Shown: positions 26,844 to 39,400 of the stretch, piece by piece
Layout: the number at the start of each line of letters is the position of its first letter
How positions within the stretch are numbered: the stretch's first letter is position 1
Assembly (NCBI RefSeq): GCF_006345805.1
Contig: NC_043001.1
Span: 26,846,001-26,910,000 of the forward strand
DNA length: 64,000 nucleotides
Reading direction: 5' to 3'
Origin: Octopus sinensis
Lineage: Eukaryota
Translations under genes and position numbers: made by a program
Notes under the pieces: generated by a model
What the model was told of the DNA's origin: nothing
The model's input: only the letters and a program-made list of their open reading frames with translations
Databases searched by the model: none

Positions 26844-27057
26844 CCCTTTAGTGTTCAGATTACTGTGTTAAATGTAATACTTTTTCACTCAAATTGTTTT
26901 GAATTAATTATGCATTATTTTTTTGAGGTTTCAATGATGTGATTATTTATTTTTAGAATGTCAATGTAGGTTAGGTGTGAGAGGCTAAATATCGCCAGTT
27001 TGGATATAAACATGTAGAATATCTGGGCTGGATATGGCTGGTTTAAGCACTAAAGGG
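26844..27057. mobile_element. piggyBac-type MITE
   Basis: TTAA|CCCTTTAGTG...CACTAAAGGG|TTAA. Confidence 0.8.
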
Positions 27058-27061
27058 TTAA

Positions 27062-27710
27062 ACACAAACATCATCAATTGATATTCCATTTGCGAAGACA
27101 TCATCCATTGATGCTTCAAAAATACAGCCATCATCAATTGACAATCAAACCCACAAACCTAATTCCTACCTTAGCTATTTTTCCTACACACATCAAACCT
27201 GCTATCCCATTTTCACAATTTCTTTGACTCTGACATTTGTGCAGCAAAGACCCAGACTCCAACTTAAATCTGAAGAAATGTATCAATATTTCTTTAGAAG
27301 CTGATAGGGCACCACTTTTTATGTAGCTTGAACTGTCATTCAAATGACAGCATTCTTATTATTCAAAAGCACAGCATGAATTTCCTTCTTTTAACTTTCC
27401 AGCCTTCAGATGCAATGTAGTACTTTCTATAAGTCTCAATTCATTATTGTAATTCAAGCTTTTCCATACCTTTCTTTTTTTAAAAGGTATAAAAACATTC
27501 AACCTTTTGATCAGAAGCTCCTTTACTCATAACAATATCAATCCAAGAGGGACCATCAAATCCTCTCAGCCTAAATGTCCCTTTATCTCCAATACTTTAA
27601 TCAACCTACCAGAAATCTTGTACCACGTTACCTAACATTTTATCTATATCCCCAACAATTTCATCTGCTCTATTACATGCAAGCTTTTCAATGCTTAAAA
27701 AATAGGATAC
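27062..27710 (-). mobile_element. Possible decayed L1/Tx1-like LINE endonuclease fragment
   Basis: Minus-strand TFRLRGFDGPSWIDIVMSKGASDQK resembles the APE TF...S.ID...SDH motifs; heavily disrupted. Confidence 0.35.
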
Positions 27711-27802
27711 TATTTGGTAGGGTTATGAGATCATTTGACATTCAAAAAAATTCTTCAAGTGGTGTCTCAGTATGGCCACAGTATAATGACTGAAACAATT
27801 AA

Positions 27803-28022
27803 CCCTTTAGTGTTCAGATTACTCTGTTAAATGTAATACTTTTTCACTCAAATTGTTTTGAATTAATTATGCATTATCTTATAGCTTTGAGGTTTCAATG
27901 ATGTAACTGTTTATTTTTAGAATATCAATGTAGGTTAGCTGTGAGAGGCCTGATCTGGTCAGTTTAAACATAAAATAGGTAGAAAACTTCGGCCGGATAT
28001 GGCCAGTTTAAACACTAATGGG
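27803..28022. mobile_element. piggyBac-type MITE
   Basis: TTAA|CCCTTTAGTGTT...AACACTAATGGG|TTAA; close paralog of 26844-27057. Confidence 0.8.
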
Positions 28023-28899
28023 TTAAAGGATAAAGATAAAAGATTAGAGTTTCACATCAGCTGCTCATTTTTCAATTCTTCGAGTCACTTACCCAGCCAC
28101 ATCTACATCTATCTATTTGCTCATGCATACAAACCTAATACTCTTTGCATTTCCACCCTTAATATGGCTTCCCCTGACAAATATCAAGTTTTTTTCCCCC
28201 CTTAATTTTCCCTATCTATCTTAACCCTGCTGCTTATCAGGTTTTCAAATTTGCATGAGTGTGTCACTTGCACTCAAGTACATGAGCTAATCTTAACTTT
28301 TATGCTGCACACACACACCACTCCATCTTATAATACCAGTACTGTTTTTGTTCCAGTACTATGTGTACCATTCATACAATTGTACCACTTAACCTGCTGA
28401 GATTTTTTCTACATTAACAAAACCTCCATTCACTTAATCATTTACAACTTTTAGAACCATCTGTATTGCCTCTTCCTCTTTCTTATTCATTCCTACTATT
28501 ATCTTCTTATCTCAGTACCATCAGAAAATATTTCATAGTACTGTCCTAACCTGGAATAAAAACATACAAACTCACTTACTCTACAAATGATGCAATAATT
28601 CTATCTCATAATTTTTGATATTACATACATTTGATTCAGTTATCCAGTTTCCCTAGACTTTCACAAACATGCTCTGGCTGCTTTACATCTATTTAACAGT
28701 TTTCACAAATCTGTATTCTGTTGGGAAAGTTTCTTAAAAAATTAACTAAAAACATCACATTACATGATTAGGAAACAGTATTACAATTTATGGTCAAACT
28801 GTAAAATATACTATTGTAATTGTGTTAGTATGTTGGCACAATAATCTACTTTGAGTGCTTAGCATATCTGAGAGTGATGAAATCTTACTGCAAACAATA

Positions 28900-29345
28900 T
28901 CATCATCATCGTTTAACGTCCGCTTTCCATGCTAGCATGGGTTGGACGATTTTGACTGATGGCTAGCGAACCAGATGGTTGCACCAGTCTCCAATCTTGA
29001 TTTGGCAGAGTGTCTACAGCTGGATGCCGTTCCTAACGCCAACCACTCTGAGAGTGTAGTGGGTGCTTTTTACGTGCCACCGACACAGGGGCCAGTCAGG
29101 CGGTACTGGCAACAACCTCACTCGAATCCTTTTAAACATGCCACCAGCACAGGTGCCAGTGAGGCGACGTTGGTAACAATCACGCTTGAATGGTGCCCTT
29201 TTACGTGCCACTGGCATGGAAGCCAGTTGGCTGCTCTGGCAACGATAACACTCGGATGGTGCTCTTGGCACCCTACAAGCATGGAAGCCAATCATCGAAT
29301 TTGATTGATTTGATTTGATTTAAATTTCACTTGCCTCAACAGGTC
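28900..29345 (-). mobile_element. RTE LINE 3' end
   Basis: catcatcatcgtttaacgtccgctttccatgctagcatgggttggacg tail plus 3' UTR modules. Confidence 0.75.
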
Positions 29346-29390
29346 TATATCAAAATTTTCCACCACTAACATATCTCACTAATGCAAAAA

Positions 29391-29680
29391 TACAAGGGAT
29401 TACTGGAAAGTTCCTGGCTTTAAGGGCAAAAGGCCCAACTTTTTGAGTTCTTTTACAGGGTTTAGAAAAATTGAAGGACTACTGCAATAAGTGTGTGAAT
29501 TGGATAAAATCATAATTGATCTGCCTGTATTTTCTTTTACTCAAAACCAGGAACTTTTCAGCACCCCCTTATATATAGGGTTACTGAAAAGTTCCTGACT
29601 TTAAGGGTATTATGAAAGGCCTGGTTGGGGTTTCAACCTTCCAAGTTCTTTTACAGGGCATAGATAAACTGAAGGACCAC
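29391..29680. mobile_element. mariner-type MITE plus a partial tandem second copy
   Basis: aagggattactggaaagttcctgg...ccaggaacttttcagcacccctt imperfect TIRs with TA flanks; the left end repeats at about 29577. Confidence 0.6.
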
Positions 29681-30545
29681 CTCAAACAACCAATTCTCCC
29701 TCTAGCATACATGTCACACCCACACAACTACCAAAGGTATGCAAATATGTATGTGCATGTGTGTATACACATCAGCCAAAAACACATGCACACATCCATA
29801 GATGTTTTCCCAAACATGCGTCGACCCGTGTTTACACACAAATATAAAAATGCACACACACACACACACACGTATGCTCTTCCAGACATACATACATCCA
29901 CTCTTACATTTATACACAGATCCAAGAATATGCATACTTACACACACACACATGTAACAGGCACTAGTGCCCACGTATTCACACACAACCAATAACATAC
30001 CCATATATTCATACATTGGGTATATGCGAGTGCGCGCACACACACACACACGAGTCTTGCTTCTACCAGCTTCAAGTGGTCCAAGAAATTCCCCTTTCTA
30101 ACAGAACTGGGGGTCAGAGAATCATCAATCTTACTCTCATAACATCAAGTGATCCACCTTGACCAATAGCAGCCCCTTAGTAGCCATCTTGGACTTCCCA
30201 CACTCCTCTATTTGGTAATCTGAGCCTGAACAAACTAGACTTCTGTATGAAGCTGAATCAAACCGCTACATGCTCCTACTAAATGTAGAGTGCCTTTTCT
30301 ATTGTTTGTCCACTTATGTGTGTGTAACATATTTAAGTGTATAATTATAATGAAGAGCATTGAAAGGACAATGCCAATATGCTAGAAGTTGATGTCAAAT
30401 GGCTACAAATCACTTAAATTTGTTCTCATTTTTGCACAAGGTCTTGAGAACAAATTTAGAGTGGTTTGTAGACACTTGACGTCTACTTCTAGTATATTGC
30501 CATTGACCCTCCAGCGCTCTTAATTATAATTATATATCTATAATT

Positions 30546-32578
30546 ATCATCATCATCGTTTAACGTCCGTTTTCGATGCTAGCATGGGTTGGACGGTTTT
30601 GACTAAGGGCTGGCAACCAGATGGCTGCACCAGGCTCCAGTCCTGATCTGGCAGAGTTATATACTTAAATATTAATTTTACCAATATGATGTTTTTTATG
30701 TGCTGGCCACTGGTATAATCCTTTTAATGATTATATCCTCAATTCATATTTATAAAAATTGAGCATGTAAAAAGCACCCTTTGAGCATGTAAAAAGCCAA
30801 TGCCAGTGTCCCCTGACATGTTCCCGTATCGGTGGTATGTAAAAAAACACTATTTGAACGTGATCGATGCCAGGGCTCACCTGACTGGCTCCCATGCCAG
30901 TAGCATGTAAGAAGTACTATCTGAACATGAACGATGCCAAGCCCACCGGACTGGCTCCTGTGCCAGTGGCACGTAGAAAGTACCCACTACACTCTTGGTG
31001 TAATTGACATTAGGAAGGGCATCAAGCTGTAGAAACATTGTCAGATCAGATTGGAGCCTGGTGCAGCTGCTGGCTCTCCAGACCTCAGTCAAACTGTCCA
31101 ATATTTGAAATCTATATTAACAACTGGGTTTGAACAGTATAAAACTTCGGGAACTTGAATCACACAATTTATAATACTGATTAAAACTACAAACATTACA
31201 TAGTTGAAAAACTTGTTACATGAGGAAGACATTCCAAAACGAGGATCAACAGTCAGTTAAAATTCAAACATGAAAAAATATGTTTATAGGCTGAAATTTT
31301 ATATATATATATCTCATCATCATTGTTTAACGTCCACTTTCCATACTAGCACAGGTTGGACCTGGGTCTGGGAAGCCAGGAAGCTGCACCAGGTTGCAGT
31401 CTGATCTGGCAGTGTTTCTACAGCTGCATGCCCTTCCTAATGCCAACCACTCCGTGAGGGTAGTGGATGCATTTTATGTGCCACCGGCACAGGTGCTAGG
31501 GGAGGTGGGCAAAGGCCCACGATCGGTTGGTGGTTTTTACGTGCCACCTACATGGAAACCAGTCAAGGCGGCGCTGGCATCGGCCACGTACGGATGGTGC
31601 TTTTTACATGCCAACAGCATGGTGGCGCTGGCATCGGCCACGTACAGATGGTGCTTTTTATGTGCCAGGGGAGGGTGGAAACGGCCACAATCGGTTGATG
31701 CTTTTTATGTGCCACCGGCACGGAAGCCGGTGCTCGCATCGGCCTTACATGCCACTAGCACAGGTATCGCAACCACAATTTCCATTTGATTTTTGATGCT
31801 GACGTACTTGACTCGATAGGTCTCAAGCACAGCAGGTCGCCCTACAATCCAAGGCTGGGACTTCTATGCGACATACACATCATCATTTAACATCGGTTTT
31901 CTATGCTGGCATGAGTAGGACGGTGCATCTGGGGTCTGGGAAACCAGGAGGCTGCACCAGGCCCCAATCTGATCTGGCAGTGTTTCTACAGCTGGATGAC
32001 CTTCCTAACGCCAACCACTCCGTGAGTGTAGTGGGTGCTTTTTACGTGCCACCGGCACAGGGGCCAGAGGAGCTGGCATCAAACACGTGCTACAGCATGG
32101 GGCTCACAACTACAATTTCCATTTGATTTGATATTGCTGTTGATGTACTTGATTCAATAGGTCTCCTCAAGCACAGCATGTCGCCCTACGATCCAAGGTA
32201 CTTTTGAATGGGCTGGTTATGCGACACTGGTGTAGGTTACAGCTGGGGACTTACTTTATTTGCAGGATCATACCTCCAGAGGTCTCGGTCTTTTGTCATT
32301 GCCTCTGTGTGGCCCAACGTTCGAAGGTCATACTTCACCACCTCAACCCATGTCTTCCTGAGTCTCCCTCTACCCCAGATTTCTTCCACTGTTTGGGAAT
32401 GGCACTTCACATAAAATAATATATATATATATATATATATTGGCATTAGGAAGGGCATCCAGCCGTAGAAACACTGCCAGATTTGACTGGCCCTGATGAA
32501 GCCTTCTGGCTTCACAGACCCCAGTAGAACCGTCCAACCCATGCTAGCATGGAAAACGGACGCTAAACGATGATGATG
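30546..32578. mobile_element. Cluster of RTE LINE 3' fragments in both orientations
   Basis: Minus copies at about 30546, 31315 and 31878 (the last with GRGRLRKTWVEVVKYDLRTLG); plus copies at about 30770-31100 and 32442-32578. Confidence 0.7.
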
Positions 32579-35500
32579 AGATATATATATATATAGATCT
32601 ATCTATCTATATATATACATCTATATGTATATATCTATACATCTATATATCAGGTGGGGGGAATAAAAGAAATTGATTGTTTAATTAAGAAACTAAAAGG
32701 GAAGATGTATAGTGAAACTGTACATCCGTCCCAGTAAAAAGTGGTAGGAGCCAGCCACTATAAATAGACCAGTGGCCAGTACATGTAGACAGTATGTGTA
32801 GAAGATAGTTGTGCCTGTACTGATATAGTAATTATACTGTGATACTGACTGGGTGTTTTATCGATCCAATCTTTTGAAGATAACAGCACTATATGACACG
32901 AAGGGGGGGAGGGTACAGTACCAGATAGAAACATTCTATTGACAACTTCGGAAGATAACTCTCAGAGCAACAGCCATCATCAAAAGACAGATGCAGCAGT
33001 GATGAAAGACTGCTTGACAACAGTTTTAAAGAGATCTAAATTAAAAAAAACCTCTCAATATTTCATCATCATCATCATTTAACGTCCGCTTTCCATGCTA
33101 GCATGGGTTGGACTTCATGTTAATATATATTCCAAACACCAAAATAATGAGTTGTTTGCTAAATTCTTCATTATTTTAAAATTAATTGCAACAGAATATA
33201 TTTCAACAGAAATACGGTAGGTAATAAAAAGGTTAATCCTTTCAAAAAATATGAAGTCCCCTATGCATACTAGCATTTCTCAGCTAGAAAGCATAAAAAA
33301 AAAAACATTTGTAGATACAAACTTGGAAACAATTCAGGAAATTGGCTCTGACATTTTCATTGATATTGACCTTAAAGGCAGCAAACTAGCGGGATCATTA
33401 GCACGCCGGGTGAAACGCTATGCGGTATTTTGTTTGCTGCTACGTTCTGAGTTCAAATTCAGCCAAGGTCAACTTTGCCTTTCAGGGGTCGATAAATTAA
33501 GTACCAGTTTCGCACTGGGGTCGCTGTAATCGACTTGATCCGTTTGTCTGTCCCATCTGTATTTAGCCCCTTATGGGTAGTGAAGAAATAGATATTGACC
33601 TTAAAAAGTGCACTCCAAAATTAGTTTCTAGCCCTACCAACATATTTCCTTCTCTATACAGAATTAGATTGGGAGTTGATGCTGAAATAATTTTTGACTG
33701 ATGAAGGATAGTCTTTGTGATTCGGCTTTAGCTACACTGAGTATGTGTGTACATAAGATCCTCAAGAATTTATGATGTCTAGCATTTGCAGTGACCTCTA
33801 GGTTTCTAGTTGAGAACTGTTCATGTTTAGGGAGAAGGGAGTGAGATGTTTTCTTTATATATGTAGTTATTGTGTCTGTGATGAAAACAAGATCGAGTTG
33901 ACTCTGCAGGAGGATGTTTTTGTGGTCTGTTCATGGAATCAGTCTAGAATTGTCACAAGGTGACTACATTGCATATGGTGACACTTGGGTGCAGAAGTTT
34001 AAGGGGGAATGAAAGGTTGTATCATCTGCATAGGAGTGAGCATTGGTGATAGCAAGTCAGTTAATGAGGAAAGAAAATTGAACCCAGGGGCACACTAGAA
34101 TTGACAGTCGGGGTTAGAGAAAGCCCCACACAAGTCAGCTCATTCTATGAAAGAGCAATCCATCAATCCAAGGGACAGTTAAGGCCATTGATAATTTTCC
34201 TAAAATTTTGCTGATGTTAAGAGCAAAAACAAATTTACAACTGAAAGCTTATTGCTCAGGGATTTTTGTCACCGGTGGCACGTAAAAAGCACCATCTGTC
34301 CGTGGCTGTTTACCAGCTCCATCTGGCACCTGTGCGGGTGGCACGTAAAAAGTACCCACTACACTCACGGAGTGGTTGGCATTAGGAAGGGCATCCAGCC
34401 GTAGAAACACTGCCAGATCAGACTGGGCCTGATGCAGCCTTCTGGCTTCACTGACCCCAGTTGAACCGTCCAACCCATGCTAGCATGGAAAGCGGACGCT
34501 AAATGATGATGATGATGATAATCTCTTTTCGAAAGCAAAAACTTGCTCTAAACAAAACTAATAGAATAAAAAAAGTAAAAATCCCAGATGTGTGCCTTAT
34601 GGAGGTAGCAGTCGACAGATAAAGAATTTTCCTGGTTTGATGACTAGTCAAGACAATTTTAGACAAGAATATAGGTCCTCGATAGATCAAGCTTTATGAA
34701 AACCATATTGTCATAAAAAAAAAAAAAACACACACACATTGAAAGGATGGTGATACTTCTACCACACAAAGCAGATATTTCAGTTGAGTAGCACAGAAAA
34801 ACAACTAATTTCAGAATATTATTCAGAAGTTTATGGTTTTTAAGACTTGTTAGGGAATTATCAAATCTGGCCAAATGTTTGCAACAGAAAGGAACTCCAC
34901 TAAAAGACACTTGTGAGCCAGGCTGTGATGTCAAACAAAGCAACAAGTAAAGTCTACTGGCTCAGGTGTGCTTTTCATTCTGTTTCCTGTCTTAACTAGC
35001 ATATTGCCCAACTTTTTGAAACTCCCTCTCTGATCCTATTCATTTGCAAATATTCAAATTGAATATCAACCACAATCTTAACAGCCTAGGAAGGGTTATA
35101 ATGCTCATGGATACAACTACACCTAAGTATGAAAAAAAATTTACTGTACTGGATTGAAAAGAAAGTCAACTGCAAAAGACTCAGATTGATAAATTTAATT
35201 ACCAACATTAATCTAAATTGCTTATGAAATTACAAAGGGGAAACAACTATTTTTTTTTGCAAGTCCCAAGTTGTTTCTTGTTGAGAATAGCATAATCAAA
35301 ATACTAAAATGCAATAGCCAACATAAGTGTAAAAATATTTACATTTAGCAGTAGGTATTATTTAAATGTGTAAATGAAAACAGTTTAAAAAATAAAAATT
35401 TAATTTGCAATTTTAAATTTCTAATAAGTAGAATTTAAGAAATTATGCATTTTGATAGCTTAATACTTTGGAAAAACAACAATCTGAATGATTTACAAAT

Positions 35501-35870
35501 CATACTTTTGTTAAAAATTAACAAGGTTTCCAATTCACTGATCCATTCTGACTTGCATTCTTTAATCAAAAGAGACAACTATATGAGTTGTCATTCAATA
35601 GGATAAACACTAAAACTTAAACAAAAGATACTATTTTTCTGTGTTGAGCTAATTAAAATATCTAGGACCATTAGAATCTGATTAACTACTGAATGACAGT
35701 TGTGAAAGAAATAGTTCGACACCATAAATGTGAATTATATTTTATTTATAGACACTTTATACTAAATTCTAAAAAGTAGTTATTTCAAATTCCTTATTCT
35801 AAACACTAATATGCTTTCGTAATAGTTATATTTAACGGGGGTAAAAAAAAATGAACTTTGAGTAAACTGG

Positions 35871-36349
35871 TTTATTAAAAGAAAATAATTTCGAAACTTT
35901 CAAAGTCACTATATTTCTATAAAAAAATTAAAGATGTTGAAAAAAAAAAAAAAAAAAAAAAGCTGAAACAATTTTTTTTGTTTATATTAGAATCCCCCTT
36001 TAATTTAGCTGAATTTCTCCAGTATTTTGCTGATTTCAGATAATACTCATACATGTACTACAAAAGAAATTTTTTAAAAACACAGCCAAAATTAAATAAT
36101 TCGTCACCTTTCAGGTAAGATATAGTTCGGAAATTTAAAAAAGTCAAAATGCCAAAATATCGGTCTTAATGAAATTTTGTACAGTAAAATAAAAATACAG
36201 CTTCTGTTAGAACCTGTCACCAACCACAAACACTCAGCATTTTCAGGCAATTAATCATTCATAATCAGAAATGTATCAGTATTTTCTGTGATGTTTAGGT
36301 GGTTTCTGTGCATATTCTATATTTACACTTTTCAGATGAGGCAACATGA
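35871..36349 (-). promoter_or_regulatory. Cyclin B3 3' UTR with candidate PBE, CPEs and poly(A) signal
   Basis: On minus: TGTAAATA (36327-36320), TTTTAT (36194-36189 and 35924-35919), TTTTAATAAA (35880-35871). The true 3' end is not determinable from sequence. Confidence 0.45.
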
Positions 36350-36404
36350 TTAATCTAGTTGTGCCATTGACAATTTAGGAATTTCTGCTACTTCCATGAA
36401 AACT
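36350..36404 (-). CDS. CCNB3: Cyclin B3 exon 10 (last coding exon)
   Basis: ttttccag|A GTT TTC...; (Q)VFMEVAEIPKLSMAQLD*; phase matches exon 9. Confidence 0.9.
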
Positions 36405-39400
36405 CTGGAAAATAAAAATATAATATATATAATAAAACAATATATATATATATATAAAACACTACAAACACACAAATCCTAAAAATATTGCACACAAATT
36501 TTTTTTAATTTTCCAATCATAAAGTATCTTCCATAGACACAGGCATGCTTGTGCAGTAAGAAGCTTGCTCCCCAACCACATGGTTCCGGGTTCAGCCCCA
36601 TTGGGCAGCTGTCTTCTACTAAAGCCTCAGTCTGATCTGGCAATGTTTCTACGGCTGGATGCCCTTCCTAACGCCAACCACTCTGTGAGTGTAGTGGGTG
36701 CTTTTTACGTGCCACCGGCACGGGGGCTGGGCGAGGTTGACAAACGGCCACGATTGGATGGTGCTTTTTATGTGCCACCGAATGGTAATGGAATTTAAGT
36801 AGATGGAAATGCAGTAATGATCAATGCTAGGCTAAAAGTCACTTATCCAAAGTGCTATGCAGCGTATTTGAATCCAAAATACTAAACCACACAGCCAAGA
36901 CGACAGCCAGTTAAAAAATATATGTTAGAGGCACAATAAAATGTACCCTGTTGTCATCATAATTGATAGAGGAACAAACACAAGTGTCTTGCTAGAGGAG
37001 TTACATGACTACCCCACATCATAGAGTAGGTGTGAAACATTGGAAAGACTGAAATGTGGTCTTGATTTGCCAGAAATTAGAGAAAGGCAATGAGGTGGCA
37101 GAAACGTTAGCACGCCAGGCGAAATGCTTACTGGTATTTCGTCTGCTGCTACGTTCTGAGTTCAAATTCCGTCGAGGTCGGCTTTGCCTTTAACCTTTCG
37201 GGGTTGATAAGTTAAGTATCAGTTACGCACTAGGGTCAATGTAATCGACTTAATCCGTTTGTCTGTCCTTTGTCCCCTCTACGTTTAGCCCCTTGTGGGC
37301 AATAAAGAAATAAGAAATTAGGGAAAGGCATGTAGCCATAGAAACTATGCCAAAAACAAATTGTACAAACAGGATATGGACTTGGAAAACTGCATTGCAA
37401 GCTACCTATCCAGGAAGACAGTACACTGAATAAGAAAAGATTGAGTAGAAAGAATGATCTAACCACAAACATTCTTGTGTGCCAGTCACTAAGTTGACTG
37501 GTTTTCTGTGTTGCCATTGCAAATCAAATGACATTATGTTAAGATCCAACTGATCAATGTCAGCATGGAAAAGTGGATATAAAATTATTAAGTTAAATGA
37601 AGAAAATCAGTTTTAAATATTAGAATAGACACTCCCTTTAAACAAGATTGTGTACAAAGTAAATATCTCTTCCACTCAGTTACAAAAAGAAAAAAAAGAA
37701 ACTTACTGATTTGAATATTTATTATAAACTTCATTGACTGCATTGAATGAAGGATGTAACAACATATAATTAAGCTTCTTAGCCATTTTCTTTGCTTCTT
37801 CTTCAGAATAACCAGAGTGATGAGTTAGCATAGCATTCTGCAATTTAGATGAAATTTTAAAAAAATTATGTAGTCCAAAAAAATAAACAAACAAAATAAA
37901 TCTTGAAAAAGATATATGGTAACTTACCCACTCAAGAGCCTCCATCTTTAATGCCAACCACAAACAACCAGCTGCCTTCAAAGACTCTTTGTCACAAGCA
38001 AAATTGTAGTCCAGAAGTGATAATTCAAGTATGTAACGAGCTAGTGTCAGCGTTTTGGTTTCAAAATTAGCAACCTACAATGTTTAATAGATCACATATG
38101 AGAAGACGGGAGAGAAAAAAAAGAGGAAATTATAAAAGAAAACATCTAGCAGTAACTTTGATTTTTATTACCCACAAGGGGCCAACAAAGAAGGGACAAT
38201 ACAATCTGATTTTGGGGTCAGATGAGCGAATGATTATACAAAAAAAGAGGACATTAAAAATTTACAAAAATAAGAAAATATGATAAAATCGAATGGTAGG
38301 ACAGACAAAAGAAAACATCTAGCAGTAACTTACCTTACAATAGCGCCGAAGAAATCGATAAGAGAGCGGGATACCCAATCGAAAGTCCACAGCGACAAAA
38401 ATTTTCTTCTCCATATCAAATAGTTTCTCCATTGAATAAGCATTGTCACACATATATAAGAAATCATCACATTGTGGAAGAATGCGTTCCTTTTGAGAAA
38501 AAGAAAAAAAAAAAAATTGTCTTGAATTAGATTCAAAATATATTCTACAGTTAACACATGACAATGTGTTTCATCAGCCCCATACAGACACACACACAGT
38601 CTATTTGCTTAATGCCTTCCTCATGACAACTACATTCGTTAAACCACAGGACAGGAAAAGGTGAACTGTTTTAGGGCTGCTTCCTGAGATGAGGTGGTGA
38701 AGCATGACCTTCGAACTTTAGGTCTCACTGAGGAAATGACTAGAGACCGAGACCTTTGGAAGTATGCTGTGCGTGAGAAGACCCGGCAGGACAAGTGAGA
38801 CCATAACCCGTGGCCTCTAAATGGGATGTAACAAGTCCACTTATGCATACCTTCCTTTCTTGAGACACAAAACTCTACTTGTGAAGACCTGTTGAGGCAA
38901 GTGAAAATCGAAATCGATCAACATCAATGGAAATTGCAGCTGATACCAGTGCCGGTGGTACGTAAGAGAACCATCCGATTGTGGCCATTGCCAGAGCCGC
39001 CCCAACTGGCCTCGTGCCGGTGGCACATAAAAAGCACCATCCGATTGTGGCCATTGCCAGCCTCGCCTGACCCCCGTGCCGGTGGCACGTAAAAAGCACC
39101 CACTACACTCACGGAGTGGTTGGCGTTAGGAAGGGCATCCAGCCGTAGAAACATTGCCAGATCAGACTGGGCCTGGTGCAGCCTTCTGGTTTCCCAGACA
39201 CCGGTTGAACCGTCCAACCCATGCAAGCATGGAAAGCGGATGCTAAACAAAGATGATGATGATGATGAACATCAAGTTTCCAAAACCTTTCTTTCCAGAT
39301 TATTGATTTTACCAAAATAGGGGCAGTCACCTTGTTAACACACTAAAATGTACTTGAATGATTAAATGAAATTCATGTACCTATAATTAGAATAAATTAG

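Noticed and set aside
34500-35090. Possible LINE RT remnant on minus (QYGF-like); similar hints at about 45600-46740 and 56700-57150
   Set aside because: Too decayed to assign family or boundaries by eye.
1-36000. Exons of an additional host gene
   Set aside because: No splice-bounded, protein-like segments other than transposon remnants could be identified; small exons cannot be excluded.
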